Below, one piece after another: positions 40,107 through 53,131 of a DNA stretch of 64,000 bases. The notes below the pieces were generated by a model. That model did no database searches and was not told where the DNA came from. It worked only from the letters and a program-made list of their open reading frames with translations. Numbering within the stretch: position 1 is the stretch's first letter; each line of letters starts with the position of its first letter. The DNA is from Eledone cirrhosa (Eukaryota), in contig OZ024750.1 in NCBI GenBank assembly GCA_964016885.1, forward strand, positions 14,756,001 through 14,820,000, written 5' to 3'. The position numbers were made by a program, and so were the translations under genes.

Positions 40107-43022
40107 ACGGCCAAAAAAGCACCCAGCCCACACTGTAAAGTGGACGTGTAGGCGCCACAGAAAAAAAGCACCCAGCATTCACTGTAAATGAGGTTGGTGT
40201 TAGGAAGCGCATCCAGCTGTAGAAATCAAGCCAGAATCCATTCCCATATGAACAAGACAATGTCAGCTGACTGGACACTGCTCACAACAGTCTAATTTAT
40301 AAGTGATCTGTTTATTGATTTGAGGAAATTGAGATGAGGTGTTGTGATGTTTATGCATTCGTTGGAGTATTAGTAAAATTAACCCTAGGTAAGAGGCACT
40401 TTTTGGTCAGAGTTTACCATCTTTTCCATTGCATTCAGTACAAATCATCATCATAATTTGTTGTTGTGCTCATAATTGTTTTGGCATTAATACACTGGTT
40501 GGATGCCCTTCCTAACACCAGCGCTACTTTACAGCATGGACTGGGTGCTTTTATTTGTGCCACCAGCACTAGAGAGGTTGTTTTACTGCACTCAGGGGCC
40601 CTCTCCACCCCATACTTTGACATGGTTTTTAATAGCTGAATGCTACTACCATTACCTCCATTTTACAGCATGGACTGGGCACTTTTATTTGTGCCAGCAG
40701 CACTAGGGAAGTTGCCTTACTGGACTTAGCGACTTCTCCACCCTGCACCAATTATAAAATTAATAAAAAGATGAAAAAGCAAACTTATTTTTATGAAGAT
40801 AAATTAGAAAGTATAACAAGTGTGAAAATATTTACTTAATGTCACTTTGCACAAAAGTGGGACAAAACTATTAAAACCTGCTATATACAAACTGTTAAGG
40901 GTAAGTGAAGCATAAAAAGAGATAGTGTTGCTGTAAAATGGATACAGAACAACAAGATTATGACCAAGGAAGGAAACTATTTCTAGTATTTCAATAAAAA
41001 CACACTACAGATTAATGAATTAATAATTATTTCTACTTTTGGCACAAGGCCAGTAATTACCCGACTGCATTACTGGTACTTTATTTTATTGACGCCGTAA
41101 GGATGAAAGGCAAAGTTAACCTCAGTGGGATTTTAACCCGTAATGTAAAGGGCCATAAATTCTATGCTGCAAAGCATGGTGTCTAATGCTCTACCAATAC
41201 TGCCAATCCATCACCCAATGAAATAATAATGGTTTCTTATTTAGACACAAGGCTAAGAATTTTTGGGAGAGGGGAAAGTCGATTAAATTGACCCCAGTGT
41301 GTGACTGGTATTTTATTTTATTGACTCCGTAAGGATGAAAGGCAAAGTTAACCTCGGTGGGTTTTGAACTCAGAACGTAAAGGGCCATAATTCTATGCTG
41401 CAAAGCTTGGCGTCCAATGCTCTACCGATTCTGCCAATCCACTGCCCAATGAATTAATCAGGAAAAAACATTTACAGTTCTTATGTCATATCATTATCAT
41501 TCTTTTTTAACGAGTTGGGAACTTTATATAGTTCCACAATTCCTTCTTTCTAGTCTTCGTTATTTATGCATATATATGTATGTATATACCAATGATATAA
41601 AATGTTGGTACTTAGTTTCAGATGCTTCACACTTCTACACCTACATCATGTTGGAAGATTTTAATTTAACTCTTTAGCATTTAAACCAGCTATATCCGGC
41701 CAGAATTCTCTCACCTCTTTCTGTTCAAACTGATCATAACTGGCTGCTCATCATCATCATCATCATCATCATTTTACGTCAGCTTTTCCCTGCTTGCAAG
41801 GGTGGGACGGGAACTGATTCTGGCTTGATTTCTACAGCTGGATGCCCTTCCTAACACCAACCTCATCTACAGTGAGTGCTGGCTGCTTTTTTGCCATGGC
41901 ACCTCCATGTCCACTTTACAGTGGAATGATAGGGACCCCAGTCCCTTTCATCTCATTTCTACAGCTGAGTAAACTGGAGCAATGTGAAATATAGTGTCTT
42001 GCTCAAGGAAACAACACATCACCCAGTCTGAGAATTGAACTCACAACCTTTCGATTGCAAGGCCAATGCTCTAACCACTAAGCCATGTGCCTCCATACCA
42101 ATGTTAACATATTGTTCTCAAAATAAATATCAAAATCTTGTAGATTCGATATTATATGAGATAATTATGTGGGATAAAGCCTTTTATGTGAAAATACAAT
42201 AGTAAATATTGAGTAATGTGAATGCTAAAGGGTCAAATTGGAAACCTTAAAAATGGGTGGTTTTATTTCATAGAACCAGAGCTGGTTTGGGCTGGGTTGG
42301 TGGTACCTAAAGGGTTAAGTCTATTATATATATTTAGGTATGTGATGGGGGCAAGGTGATGAGTGACAACAAACTGAAGGGTTACCTCAGGTGAAACATA
42401 CTCTATCTATGCCACTGGTCATAAAGAATTAAGTGTCGTGGCCAAGATCAAAACATAGTGTCAGAGACAAGAGATGAAAGATCAGCTATTTATCCTGAAG
42501 AACAACTGTCTCAACGCAGCCCACTGAAACCCATAAGTATAATATAGTAACATTTGCTTTATAAAACTAGTGCCTACATATACCTTATATAACATTACAT
42601 AGTTTACTAAACAAATACAAAAATCTAGCAGGTAACTTTTTAGTTATTGCTAGGCAACAAAATATAAAGTCTAGAAACTAATAACAAAAGTTTATCACAT
42701 GAGCTTTGGTTTATCTCAGTTAAAAAAAATTAACAAAAAACTCATGAATTATAGCTATATGCTCTAATTCACACTAGTTGAATCTGAAAACATCTGACCT
42801 TTATACTTAGTTGCATGTAACAAGTGAAAACAAAAGGCTTTAGCTGATTATTTAAACTACAGTACATTTACTTTGTTCACAGACCTTTCTTAACCTTGCT
42901 CTATATTAAGTGTCTTGGGAGTCATGCCAACTAGAATAACTGATTGAACTTTACAGATCAATAATTACACCTTCATCTTATTAATATTTTTTTTTTTGCC
43001 TATTTTTATTCCTTGGGATCTT

Positions 43023-43067
<45 letters not shown>

Positions 43068-43915
43068 GGAAATATCCCCTCAAAATACAAATTTCATTGA
43101 TCTGAAAATAATTAAATTCACAGCAGGATCAATAACCTCATTAGTTCCAATATTGTGCTGGGATTCATAATACAAAAATATAATAAATAATAATAATAAA
43201 ATTAAAAATAATAATAATTAAAGTAAAAAATAAATAAATAAATAAATAAATAAAACAAAAAAACAATTCTGAAGAAAAAACAATTGTATTCCAACTAAAT
43301 CTGCATCATCTGTCAGGAAAACCTACGAGGTACACTCAAGAGGTTTTGAGACTTTTATCAGAAAGACATTTATTTAACACAGATCAACACAAAACTCTAG
43401 TCTCCCTCAAAATAGGATTCTCCAACTTCCATGCATTTCTTTTTGCATATTCAGATTTTAGGCATTGGAAAGTTATTAGAGGAAGCTTAAATATTCTAAA
43501 TGTTTGCAATATAGCTGACAAGCCAGATTACAAACAGGCATTTGCACTCCCCAAATTTACCTCCCTTGATCCCCCAGAAGGTAATGATCTCATTCAAAAA
43601 GGGGTTAAGTTTCTTTTGGATAATTAGCATGCATCTCATACCACATGCATAAATTAAAGCTGAGAGATCAAACACTCCAAAATTACCTCCCATGTTCCCG
43701 AAATGCAACTCTCTACTGTTTAAAACCAAGTATAGTCAGCTAAAGGGGTTCCTTTTTGTATTTTTGTCTGAGCTCCCAATGAGAGACCAGTTTTAAAGAG
43801 ATTCCCCAACTATACAGTGGTGGCCATAACTGGGATCATAGATAGCAGAATGTCAAGATGCTTCCTGAAAACATCTATATTCACCCCATGTTGATCTCTA
43901 AGTTTTGGCAGCTTA

Positions 43916-44131
43916 TTAACCCTTTAGCATTTAAACCAGCCTTATCCATCCAGAATACTCTCACTTCTTTCTGTTGAAACCAGCTATAACCAGCCCCTCA
44001 TACCGACGTTAAGGTATTCTTCTTAAAATAAATAATACCAAAATTTCATAGTTTCGATATTATGTGAAATAAAGCCTTTACCATGAATAAACAATAGTAA
44101 ATATAGAGTGATGTGAATGCTAAAGGGTTAA
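43916..44131. mobile_element. piggyBac-type MITE 'A' (~200-230 bp)
   Basis: TTAA-CCCTTTAGCATT...AATGCTAAAGGG-TTAA; about 12 copies (27220, 28166, 32055, 41666, 43916, 47093, 50354, 52249, 54667, 56450, 58600, 60992). Confidence 0.88.
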
Positions 44132-44418
44132 AAAGCTGAGCAACATTAAATCCCAAGCTATTGAAGTATTTGGTCTTTACTCTAGATATGATGGGATCTT
44201 TGGCATTATGCAATGACATCCTATATGAAGGATGGTCCCGTTCTCAATGCCAAAGTTTTGTGTTAGCCCTTCCAGGATCTTCCATATGTTTATCACTGTA
44301 TATCTCTCCCATCTTCACTCCATCAAGTACAATTTTAATTCTTTCAGCCTCTCCTAGAAGCTCATCCCTTTTTATTGATGCAAAAGTGCAGTGAACTGTG
44401 TAGAAATGTCATCTAGAG

Positions 44419-44757
44419 CAGTGGTTCTCAACCTGATCCATGTGGACCACTAGTGGTCCACAGGAAAATTCAGGTGGTCCACGGAAAATTTTCAATAGCA
44501 AATTCTTTTTTGATCCATGCATTTGACTTAAAGCGCTGTTCTTATTCTTCGCATAAGTACGACTTCAGCTGTTTATTTGCGTAGATTTTTGGGCACTGCG
44601 ACATGATAATAGCATTTTCTAATTCATTGAAAAAAAAACATCTACTGATGCTTATAAGTAGCAGTTCTATTACAAACGATTTTAAAGTTTAGGTGGTCGA
44701 CAAGAGAAAATTACTTATTTTGGTGGTCCAGAGCGAAAAAAAGGTTGAGAACCCCTG
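44419..44757. mobile_element. hAT (Charlie-like) MITE
   Basis: TIRs CAGTGGTTCTCAACCT / AGGTTGAGAACCCCTG; 8-bp flanks ATCTAGAG / ATTTAGAC form a degenerate TSD of the NTCTAGAN type. Confidence 0.85.
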
Positions 44758-45275
44758 ATTTAGACAACCAGCATGATTTCCAGCCTCTATGTACCATGTT
44801 GGTATGTTGGTCTCTATGTACCATGTTGGTCCTCTAGACGTATCCCCCCCCCCCCCCCCCACACAAAAAAAAAAATTATTGTGTTCCTTGAAATCAAACA
44901 GGATTTCAGAGAAAGCCAAAATATTGGTTGATGTCTTCATGACATGACAAGAGATAGTGACACAGATATTTGTGGTTAGGGATGTCCAGAAATGTAATGA
45001 ATTCACAGGAGTGGGCAAAGAGAGATTTCTAAGCATAGTAACTAATGGTCTTTGTTACAAACATCCAGTTGATAAAGAGGAGTGGCTGTTAAAGAAATAC
45101 TTATACATAAATGTAACATCAATTCACAGAGAGAGAGAGGGGGGGGAGAGAGAAAGAGAGAGAGAGAGATGCAGACCGACAGACAGAGGGAGAGAGAGGA
45201 TTGTCTTATGGATTAGTTTTGATAATTTGCCTCAGCAAAGTGAAGTACATATAAAGGGAAATAACTCCAGTTTCT

Positions 45276-45321
45276 ATGGCAGCAATAGACAGAGTTCGTA
45301 TTATGGTGCTTGGTGATTCTG
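45276..45321 (+). CDS. RABL3: Rab-like protein 3, coding exon 1 (MAAIDRVRIMVLGDS-G)
   Basis: ATG at 45276; matches the RABL3 N-terminus (human MASLDRVKVLVLGDSG); phase-1 donor GTAGAT. Confidence 0.93.
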
Positions 45322-46619
45322 GTAGATTCAGTTTTTCAACTACTAAATATTTTCAACTACTAAATCCCTTTGATTTTATATTCGAGTTGTCTTTATTTGT
45401 GTTAAATGTTCAGAATTTAAAAAATTAGAATGGTATGTTTTTGTCTGAGCATAAACAAGTATGAATATTCTTTTACCATTTTTAGTATTCCTTGATTGTT
45501 GATGTTATTTCCGATTGAGAAAGTAAAGAAAAAAAAGAAAGATAATATTTAGTTTTCGCCAATGTCAAATATTATACAAAGAATATCTCTGCAATTTGAA
45601 GCTATTAGTGTGTCATCATAAAATTATTTAAACTATTTTTCGCGTTTGTTTGTTTGTTTTTCCGACTAAGAGCCCGTCCCGAAATAGAAGATGGTTTTCT
45701 CTTTCACCTTCAGACACACCAACGTACTTTATTCTATATTTTTCTCAATTATTATTTACTAAATTTTTGACAAGACTTTCCTCTTATATTTCTTAGCACG
45801 TTCATTATTTTCCTTCTTGGTAAACACGATGGTATTTATGTAAACACGCACATTCATACGCAACAAACGGCTAGGAATGGGGGGGGGGGGGGTAATTTTG
45901 TCCGATTTTTTCTGAAGTTTGTATTACGATATCCATAGTTTGTTATGAGTGATTCTGTGTTAGCTCCCATAAACTGTAGTATAGGAGACTTTAGAAGTTT
46001 TATTGTACGGTTTCGGAAACTTTTCAAAAACACGAATGGAAACTTTTCTCCGCAAGTTTATATTTAATTGAGAAATGGTTAATAATTTCTTAAAGTCTAT
46101 ATACAGGTATAGAAGAATGGTAAAATAAATTTATGAATCAACATATTGTTGGTATTTATTTCATCGACTTCATCAGGATGAAAAGAAAATTTCAACCTTG
46201 ATAGGTTTCTTATGCAAACGTTAGTGGGAGTAAAATAAAAAAATACCACAGAATATTTCTCCCTAAAAAATGTACTATCTACCATTCTCAAATTTAAAAA
46301 AAGATTTTTCACCCTTTTATGGGTTAGTCAAAACAATTCTCAAGGAGAAGGGATTATGAACAAACTATTTTATTCACTCTCTGACATTTGAGATGTTTGG
46401 GGCAGCTGAGCTGCATCTGACAATGAAGTTCTTGTCAATATTGGCGGTTCACCTTACCAATGTATCTGTTGATGTCTGCGAAGGTGCTTGGTTGTTCCGG
46501 CATCTTAGCCTCTCTATCACCTTCAGCAATGCTGCAAATGTGTTGACTTGCCACAAAAAATATTGGTAGGAGAAGGACATAATTTAATCAAAGTCAGTAC
46601 GTGTGACTGGTGTTTACTA

Positions 46620-46885
46620 TTAATATATACTCTGCAAGGCAAGTGTATATTATATACACTCTGCAAGGCATGTTATTACTATATACACTCTGCAAGGTAT
46701 GTATATATTATATACACTCTACAAGGCATGTATATACTATATACACTCTACAAAGCATGTATATACTATATACACTCTACAAGGCATGTATATACTATAT
46801 ACACTCTACAAGGCATGTATATACTATATACACTCTACAAGGCAAGTGTATACTATATACACTCTGCAAGGCAAGTGTATACTAT
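46620..46885. repeat. 29-bp minisatellite in RABL3 intron 1
   Basis: Unit TATACACTCTACAAGGCATGTATATACTA, ~9 copies. Confidence 0.92.
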
Positions 46886-48899
46886 TAATATATTATCAAT
46901 AGTGGTGGAATGGAGAGGGGAGACAGGTATGTATGGGCAATAGCTGGTCTTCCTCAGACATATTGCCTGGGCTTGTCCCTAGAAGTGGAACTTTATAAAA
47001 CCCATGGTCATTCATGATTGAAGGGGTCTTTTACCCTTTTTGTGTCAAATGGGTTAACATAATTAATCTTTGGCTTGCTTTTATTTTTAGGATTAACCCT
47101 TTAGCATTTAAACTGGTCGTATCCGGCCAGGATTCTCTCACCTCTTACTGCTCAAAACGGCAGTAACTGGCTGCTTATACTTATGTTAAGGTATTGTTCT
47201 CAAAATAAATAATATCAAAATCTCATAGATGTGAATTAAAGTGTTTACCATGAAAATAGCATATATAGAGTAATATAAATGCTAAAGGGTTAAATTAAAA
47301 ACATTTCTTCAGTTATCTAAAGCCATCCAAATAAAGATTGTCTCATTTATATAATATTATGTTTGAGTAAAGGAGGCTCTCAACTATATCAAGTGATTTG
47401 CCTAGTGTGTGACTTCATCATTTGTTTGACTATTCTTTTTTTTTCTTAACAAAGATAAAGTGTTTTTGTTCTCTATAGAGCTCTATTTTGACACCCTACT
47501 TGTCAGTTTCCTGTAGGATGGTACAAGGTTGTTCTTGTTTCAATAATATAATTGTTCTCCAAAAAATGTAGCAATATCTTGGGGCATAAATTGGTATCCT
47601 TATTCTGAGTGGATTGAAGCTAGACCTTGAAACATGAATATATTTTGAAGAATCAATGAACTATTATAGAAGCTGACATATCTGAACATACAAACCATGA
47701 GTATTCAGCTATAACAACAAACAAATAGTGGTAAAAGTTAAATCATGGTAGAGGACCTTTGAAGTCAATGTTGAGATATTTGGCAGTGGGTTGGCAGAAT
47801 TCTTAGTGTGTCAGATGAAATACATTGCAGTATTTGGTTAGGGTTCACTACATTCTGGTTTCAAATTTGTAAAGATAATTTTTTTTATTATAGTTGTATA
47901 AATTTACAGTAGAATAACATTGCAAATATGTTTTAAATATATACATAAATAACACAATAAATGCGTAAATAACACCAAAATTTGCCTGCAATTCGTTCAG
48001 AAGGACAAATATGTCTAAACCACATTTAAATACACAATGATAAAGGAAAGAAAGAAGAAGGGGGGGGGGGGGCAATTCACCACCAAGTGGGATAATCTGC
48101 AACACCTCACACCTTGGGGGTTAACTGTACACTTTCAGGCAATCCAACACACTCGTCTAAAGTCTACCTCAAGCCTGGGGGCTCATCAGGCTAGTACTTA
48201 TCCTAGTTTCCTTGGCATTAAGCAACTGAGAATACAAAACTCACCCCTGGACAGAGCACCAGTCCATCACAGGGTTAAACTCCCAGCTATTGCTGGTACT
48301 CATTTTCAGTTGAGTATACTGGAGCAATGTGAGATGAAGTGTTTTGCTCAAGAACACAACACACAACCTAGTCCAGGAATCAAACTCAAAACATTATGAT
48401 CATAAGTCCAACACCCTAACCACTAGGCTACACACCTCCACTATAGTAAAGTACTAGGATCAGCATAATCAACTTTCTTCTAACTTAAGACAATTGTTGG
48501 TCTTGTGCCTAAATTTGAAACCAATATTGAGATTGCATGGGTTGGATGGGACTTTTCCAACACAGCTATCCTCCATCCATTGAGTTATTTTGTCATCTCC
48601 TCTGTGAAGTTCAGCATTTTCAAATCTTCCAGGTTTTCCTTGGTCTTCCTTCCATCAGGAGCTCCTGGCACTTCACCACCCAATAATCATCCTCTATATG
48701 CATCATATGGCCATACTAATGTTGTCTTCTTTCTTATAACCTACATTTGATTCCTCTTATACTCAGTTTCTCTCTCATCTTATCCATACTTTGCCATTCA
48801 TGCATATTAACATCACACATCCATCGAAGCATGCTCACTTCATTTCTCTCCAGCCTTCACATATCCTCTGCATTTACTGCCCAAGACCTTCACTTATAG

Positions 48900-48991
48900 G
48901 TGTTGGTAAGACATCCTTGGTACAGCTGATCTGTCATGATGAAGTTACGAATGACCCAGGTTACACAATTGGATGTTCAGTAGAAGTCAAG
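48900..48991 (+). CDS. RABL3: RABL3 exon 2 (GVGKTSLVQLICHDEVTNDPGYTIGCSVEVK)
   Basis: Acceptor TATAG, donor GTAAGT; completes the P-loop GDSGVGKT and the G2 region TIGCSV. Confidence 0.96.
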
Positions 48992-50191
48992 GTAAGTAGT
49001 AATTCATTATTTAACAAGGTTAACTTTGCCTTTCATCCTTATGGGGTCGATAAAATAAAGTACCAGTAATACACTGGGTAATTGCTGGCCTTGTGCCAAA
49101 AGTAGAAACAATTATTTAACAAACATTCTATAGATATTTAATAAGAATAGTATAATACATATAAAAATATGAGAAAACTCATCACTAGAACAGCTATTAA
49201 AACAGCTAAATGTTATATTTCATCTGCCTGTCATCCATCTTGTGGATTGTCTCTGTTGATCACTGGCCACTGGTCTCTGTCCTCTGAGGCATCTTTGCCC
49301 ATCGTTGTCTTTGATAGCATTTAGCTGTTTTAATGGCTGTTCTAGCGATAAGTTTTCTCATTTTTATATGTATTCAAATACACTCTCGCTCCATCTCGAT
49401 CAGAGACAACATTGAATAATATATTTTATTGCCTGTATTGATAAATATAGTTGTTATTGCTAAACCACAATTCATATTTCTTGTCTCATCTCATATGTCT
49501 AACCCATATCAGTAGTCTGAAAGATGGTGTTTATGCATACATAGAACCTATTGTCCTTTTCAGTTACTCTGTGTGGTTCCTTAGGAAAGTATCTTCCACT
49601 ATACCCTTTGTGAGTGCATATGGTAGACAGATACTGTAAGGAAGCCCACCATATCATCATCATTACCCTTTAACATCCATTTTCCATGCTAGCATGGGTT
49701 AATTAGGTTGTCCTGTTATGAGACAAGTCAGTCAGATGACTGTTTCTTGTTTCCACAGAACCGATCTGATTTGGTTTCTACAGCTGGGTGTTCCTTTTTA
49801 ACATCAATCACATTTACAGTGTGGACTAGGTGCTTTTTATTGTGGCACCAAAATGACCATTTTACAGTGTAGACTTGGGTGCTTTTTGTTGTACCAAAAT
49901 GACCAGAGTGGACTGAGCACGTCTCATCACCAAAACTTTACAGTATGGATTGGGCGCATTTTATCGTGTCTCCAGTATGACCCTTTACAGGTTGGGCTGG
50001 ATGCTTTTCTCATGACCCTTTACAGGGTGGGCTGGGTAGTTATTGTCAAGTACTACCATCACAAGATTAAACAAATAAATACCAGTAATATATTAGAGTC
50101 TGTCCAAACTATGATAATAATTTGTGGCTTTGTGTCAACATTAGAAATATCTGTATGTTACTTTATATCATATATCTATCTATTTATTCAG

Positions 50192-50309
50192 CTGCATGAA
50201 TACAAAGCAGGAACTCCAGCCGAAAGAACATATTTTGTTGAATTGTGGGAGATTGGTGGATCAAAACAGCATGAAAATAGTCAACACATTTTCTGGAATG
50301 TCGTGCATG
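50192..50309 (+). CDS. RABL3: RABL3 exon 3 (LHEYKAGTPAERTYFVELWEIGGSKQHENSQHIFWNVVH-G)
   Basis: Acceptor TTCAG, donor GTGAAT; RABL3-type HxYKxGTPxEKTYxIELW segment. Confidence 0.96.
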
Positions 50310-50929
50310 GTGAATTTTAATAACTTTTTGGGTTTATATATTTTTTTCCTTCTTTAACCCTTTAGCATTTAAATTACTCCATATATACTATTGTATTTTC
50401 ATGGTAAACACTTTACCTCACTAATATCAAATCTACAAGATTTTGATATTATTTATTTTGAGAACAATACCGTAATATCAGTATGAGTATCCAGTTATGG
50501 CTAGTTTGAACTAGTTTGAACAAAAGAGGTGAAAGAATTCTGGCTGGATATGGCTGGTTTATTGCTAAAGGGTTAAAAATTAAAACATTAAAAACTTGAT
50601 GAATGTCTCCATTTGACATAAGCCGCAATGTATATATGTATATAGGCTTTCTAGATTGATTCTATGAACTTTATTTTATATAGTATTCTAGTACTATTCT
50701 ATATAGTGTTCTGACACTATTGACCACTTAGCCAAACACAATCCTGACTGAGTAGACTTTTGAACCATAACAGCATCTTAGCTCTTTATATGTGCTGTTT
50801 GAATTGTTTGTCAAAAAGGTGAACCATGTACTTTCTTTCACTACAATATATAGATTTCCAATTATAGTTCAGCTTCCTTCTTTTCTTCGATAGAGGCAAT
50901 GATCTAATTATGGACATGATGATGTCATT

Positions 50930-51305
50930 TTGAAGATTATGATATAAGAAATGGGGTTCCTCCAAAGAGTCTTTGGAGTAACATTACTTGATAAAGTACA
51001 TAACTTGGAGATCAGAGAGTCACTTCAGGTAGAGCTGCTACTTCTCCGAATTGAGAGATCACAGCTCTGATACTATGGGCATGTGGTTAGAATGTCTTAG
51101 AAAAGAATAGTTCGAAAGATTTTACAGGCAAAACCAACTGACATGAGACCAAGATGGTTGGATAACATCCATGAGCTTGGCTGGTCACGTTTGGGAATCC
51201 AGCCGAATCAGTTCAAGACGGTTGCTTCTGACAGGACTTGCTGGGAGGAGTGTTTGAGGACTCTGCCTCAACGATCCTCTCACGAAAAAGTGGACGAAGA
51301 AGATG
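50930..51305 (+). mobile_element. RTE LINE 3' end in RABL3 intron 3
   Basis: LLLRIERSQL*YYGHVVRM...RPRWLDNI...DRTCW, ending in a (GAA/GAT) tail; further copies at 32335-32586 and 31440-31548. Confidence 0.82.
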
Positions 51306-51393
51306 ATATATGAAATTTGATTGATTTTATTTCCAATCAGGGTTGTTGTTTTTTAAATCCACCTTTATTTTTTATGATTTATCTATTTTCTAG

Positions 51394-51496
51394 GTATCAT
51401 ACTTGTTTATGACCTTACAAATAAAAAATCCCATTCAAATCTAAGAAAATGGTTAAATAAAGTGCTAAATAAGGAAGATGATAAAGAAAATAATGA
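51394..51496 (+). CDS. RABL3: RABL3 exon 4 (GIILVYDLTNKKSHSNLRKWLNKVLNKEDDKENN-D)
   Basis: Acceptor TTCTAG, donor GTAAGT; cf. human GIIFVHDLTNKKSSQNLRRW. Confidence 0.96.
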
Positions 51497-51819
51497 GTAA
51501 GTATTAACTTATCAGTTTACTTTATGATGAAGCTGAACAGTTCAACGTTGCCACTGAGGACTACAACTAAGATTTAGCTTGACAAATTGAGACAAGATGT
51601 TTCATATATTTTACTCCAAACTTCAATTATTTATGGCAGAGTTTGAACTCAGCGACTATGAGATGTTAATACATTCTAATGACTTTGCCAATTCACTGCC
51701 ATATTTCTATGTGCAACCCTAGTTAATTTGTAAGGATCTAACAATTTTGTTTGAAAATGATTTTTGAAAAATTCTTTTACTTTATGTAATTTTTCTTTTT
51801 GTTTTCCATGCAACTGAAG

Positions 51820-51967
51820 TGATCTTGATTCAGAGCTATTTGCTGAAAATCGAATCCCTATATTATTGATTGGAACTAAAGTGGACATGGCTCAATGTCT
51901 GCGTGAAAATATCCTCTCACGAAGATCTTCCCTGGCTGAAAAATATGGAGTTGGACAGATAAGCATG
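51820..51967 (+). CDS. RABL3: RABL3 exon 5 (DLDSELFAENRIPILLIGTKVDMAQCLRENILSRRSSLAEKYGVGQISM)
   Basis: Phase-compatible AAG acceptor after a pyrimidine tract, donor GTAAAT; RABL3-type G4 motif GTKxD. Confidence 0.92.
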
Positions 51968-52126
51968 GTAAATTTTAAGCATATCTTTTGTATGGTTTTA
52001 TATATGAATTTGCTTCAATTGTAGTTTTGTTCCTATCAGAAAAATCATTTTTTATTTCATTGTAAAACACATTTCTATTTTCTTAGTATTAAATGTCTAT
52101 CTGATTCTTTTTAATGATCTGTTTAG

Positions 52127-52198
52127 GATTGTAAGCAGAAAAAATATCTAGCACCTGGTTCTACAAATGCTGTAAAGGTATCCAAGTTTTTTGACAAG
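52127..52198 (+). CDS. RABL3: RABL3 exon 6 (DCKQKKYLAPGSTNAVKVSKFFDK)
   Basis: Acceptor TTTAG, donor GTATGT; cf. human [24 protein letters not shown]. Confidence 0.96.
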
Positions 52199-53089
52199 GT
52201 ATGTCACTTACACATACATTTAAAAACTTGCAGAATGAAATATCGATTTTAATCCTTTAGCATTTAAACTGGCTGTATCCAGCCAGAATTCTCTCACCTC
52301 TTTCTGTTCAAACTGGCCATTCATACTGATGTTAAGGTATTGTTCTCAAATAAATAATATCAAAATCTTATGATATTATGTGAGGTAAACCCCTTACCGC
52401 GAAAATACAATAGTAAATAAAGAGTAATGTAAATGCTAAAGGGTTAAATTCATTTATCGAAGAATTCAAGTAATTCTCAATCAATCAATTCTTGATTAAA
52501 TATATCTAAGAGATAAAAGGAATTCAAATTTAATTTACTTATAATAATAATAATGAAATTATTGTGTACAGTACATCTCATCAAAGGTGCATGTTTAGTA
52601 CATAGAATAATGTACAAATGTCTAGAAAATGAACAGTGTACGAGTCAGTATGATTATGTGTGAAGGTTCGTGGTCTAATGGTTAGGATGCTTGTTGGATC
52701 GTATTGTTGTTGGTTCGATTCCTGGACAGGCTGCTGTGTTGTGTTCTTGAGCAAAATACTTTATTTCATGTTGCTCCAGTATACTCAACTGAGAATGAGT
52801 ACCAGCAGTAGCTGGGGAGTTAATCCTGCGATAGACCAGCATCCTATCCAGGGAGAGTCTTGTACTCTCAGTTGCTTAGCACTAAGGAAACCGAGATGAT
52901 GCTTCGGCTTAGAACAAACTTTAACTAGCTGATTGATTATGATGATTAACACACCATACAAAAATGTGGGTTTTCCAGGCATTGTAAACTAAGAAGAAAT
53001 TATGATGTATCATTTTTAAGTAGCAGAAACTATACTTTGATCACTGTATTCTTATAAAACTGTTTAAATATATAATTCTATATTTGCAG

Positions 53090-53131
53090 GTGATCGAACA
53101 CCGGTTTTACAGTAGGAATATAATTGGAATG
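53090..53131 (+). CDS. RABL3: RABL3 exon 7 (VIEHRFYSRNIIGM)
   Basis: Acceptor TTGCAG, donor GTTAGT; cf. human VIEKRYF. Confidence 0.9.

Noticed and set aside
46400-46550. Antisense mini-exon in RABL3 intron 1 (MPEQPSTFADINRYI + GTAAGG donor)
   Set aside because: Short, with no downstream exon identified; could equally be a transposase relic or chance.
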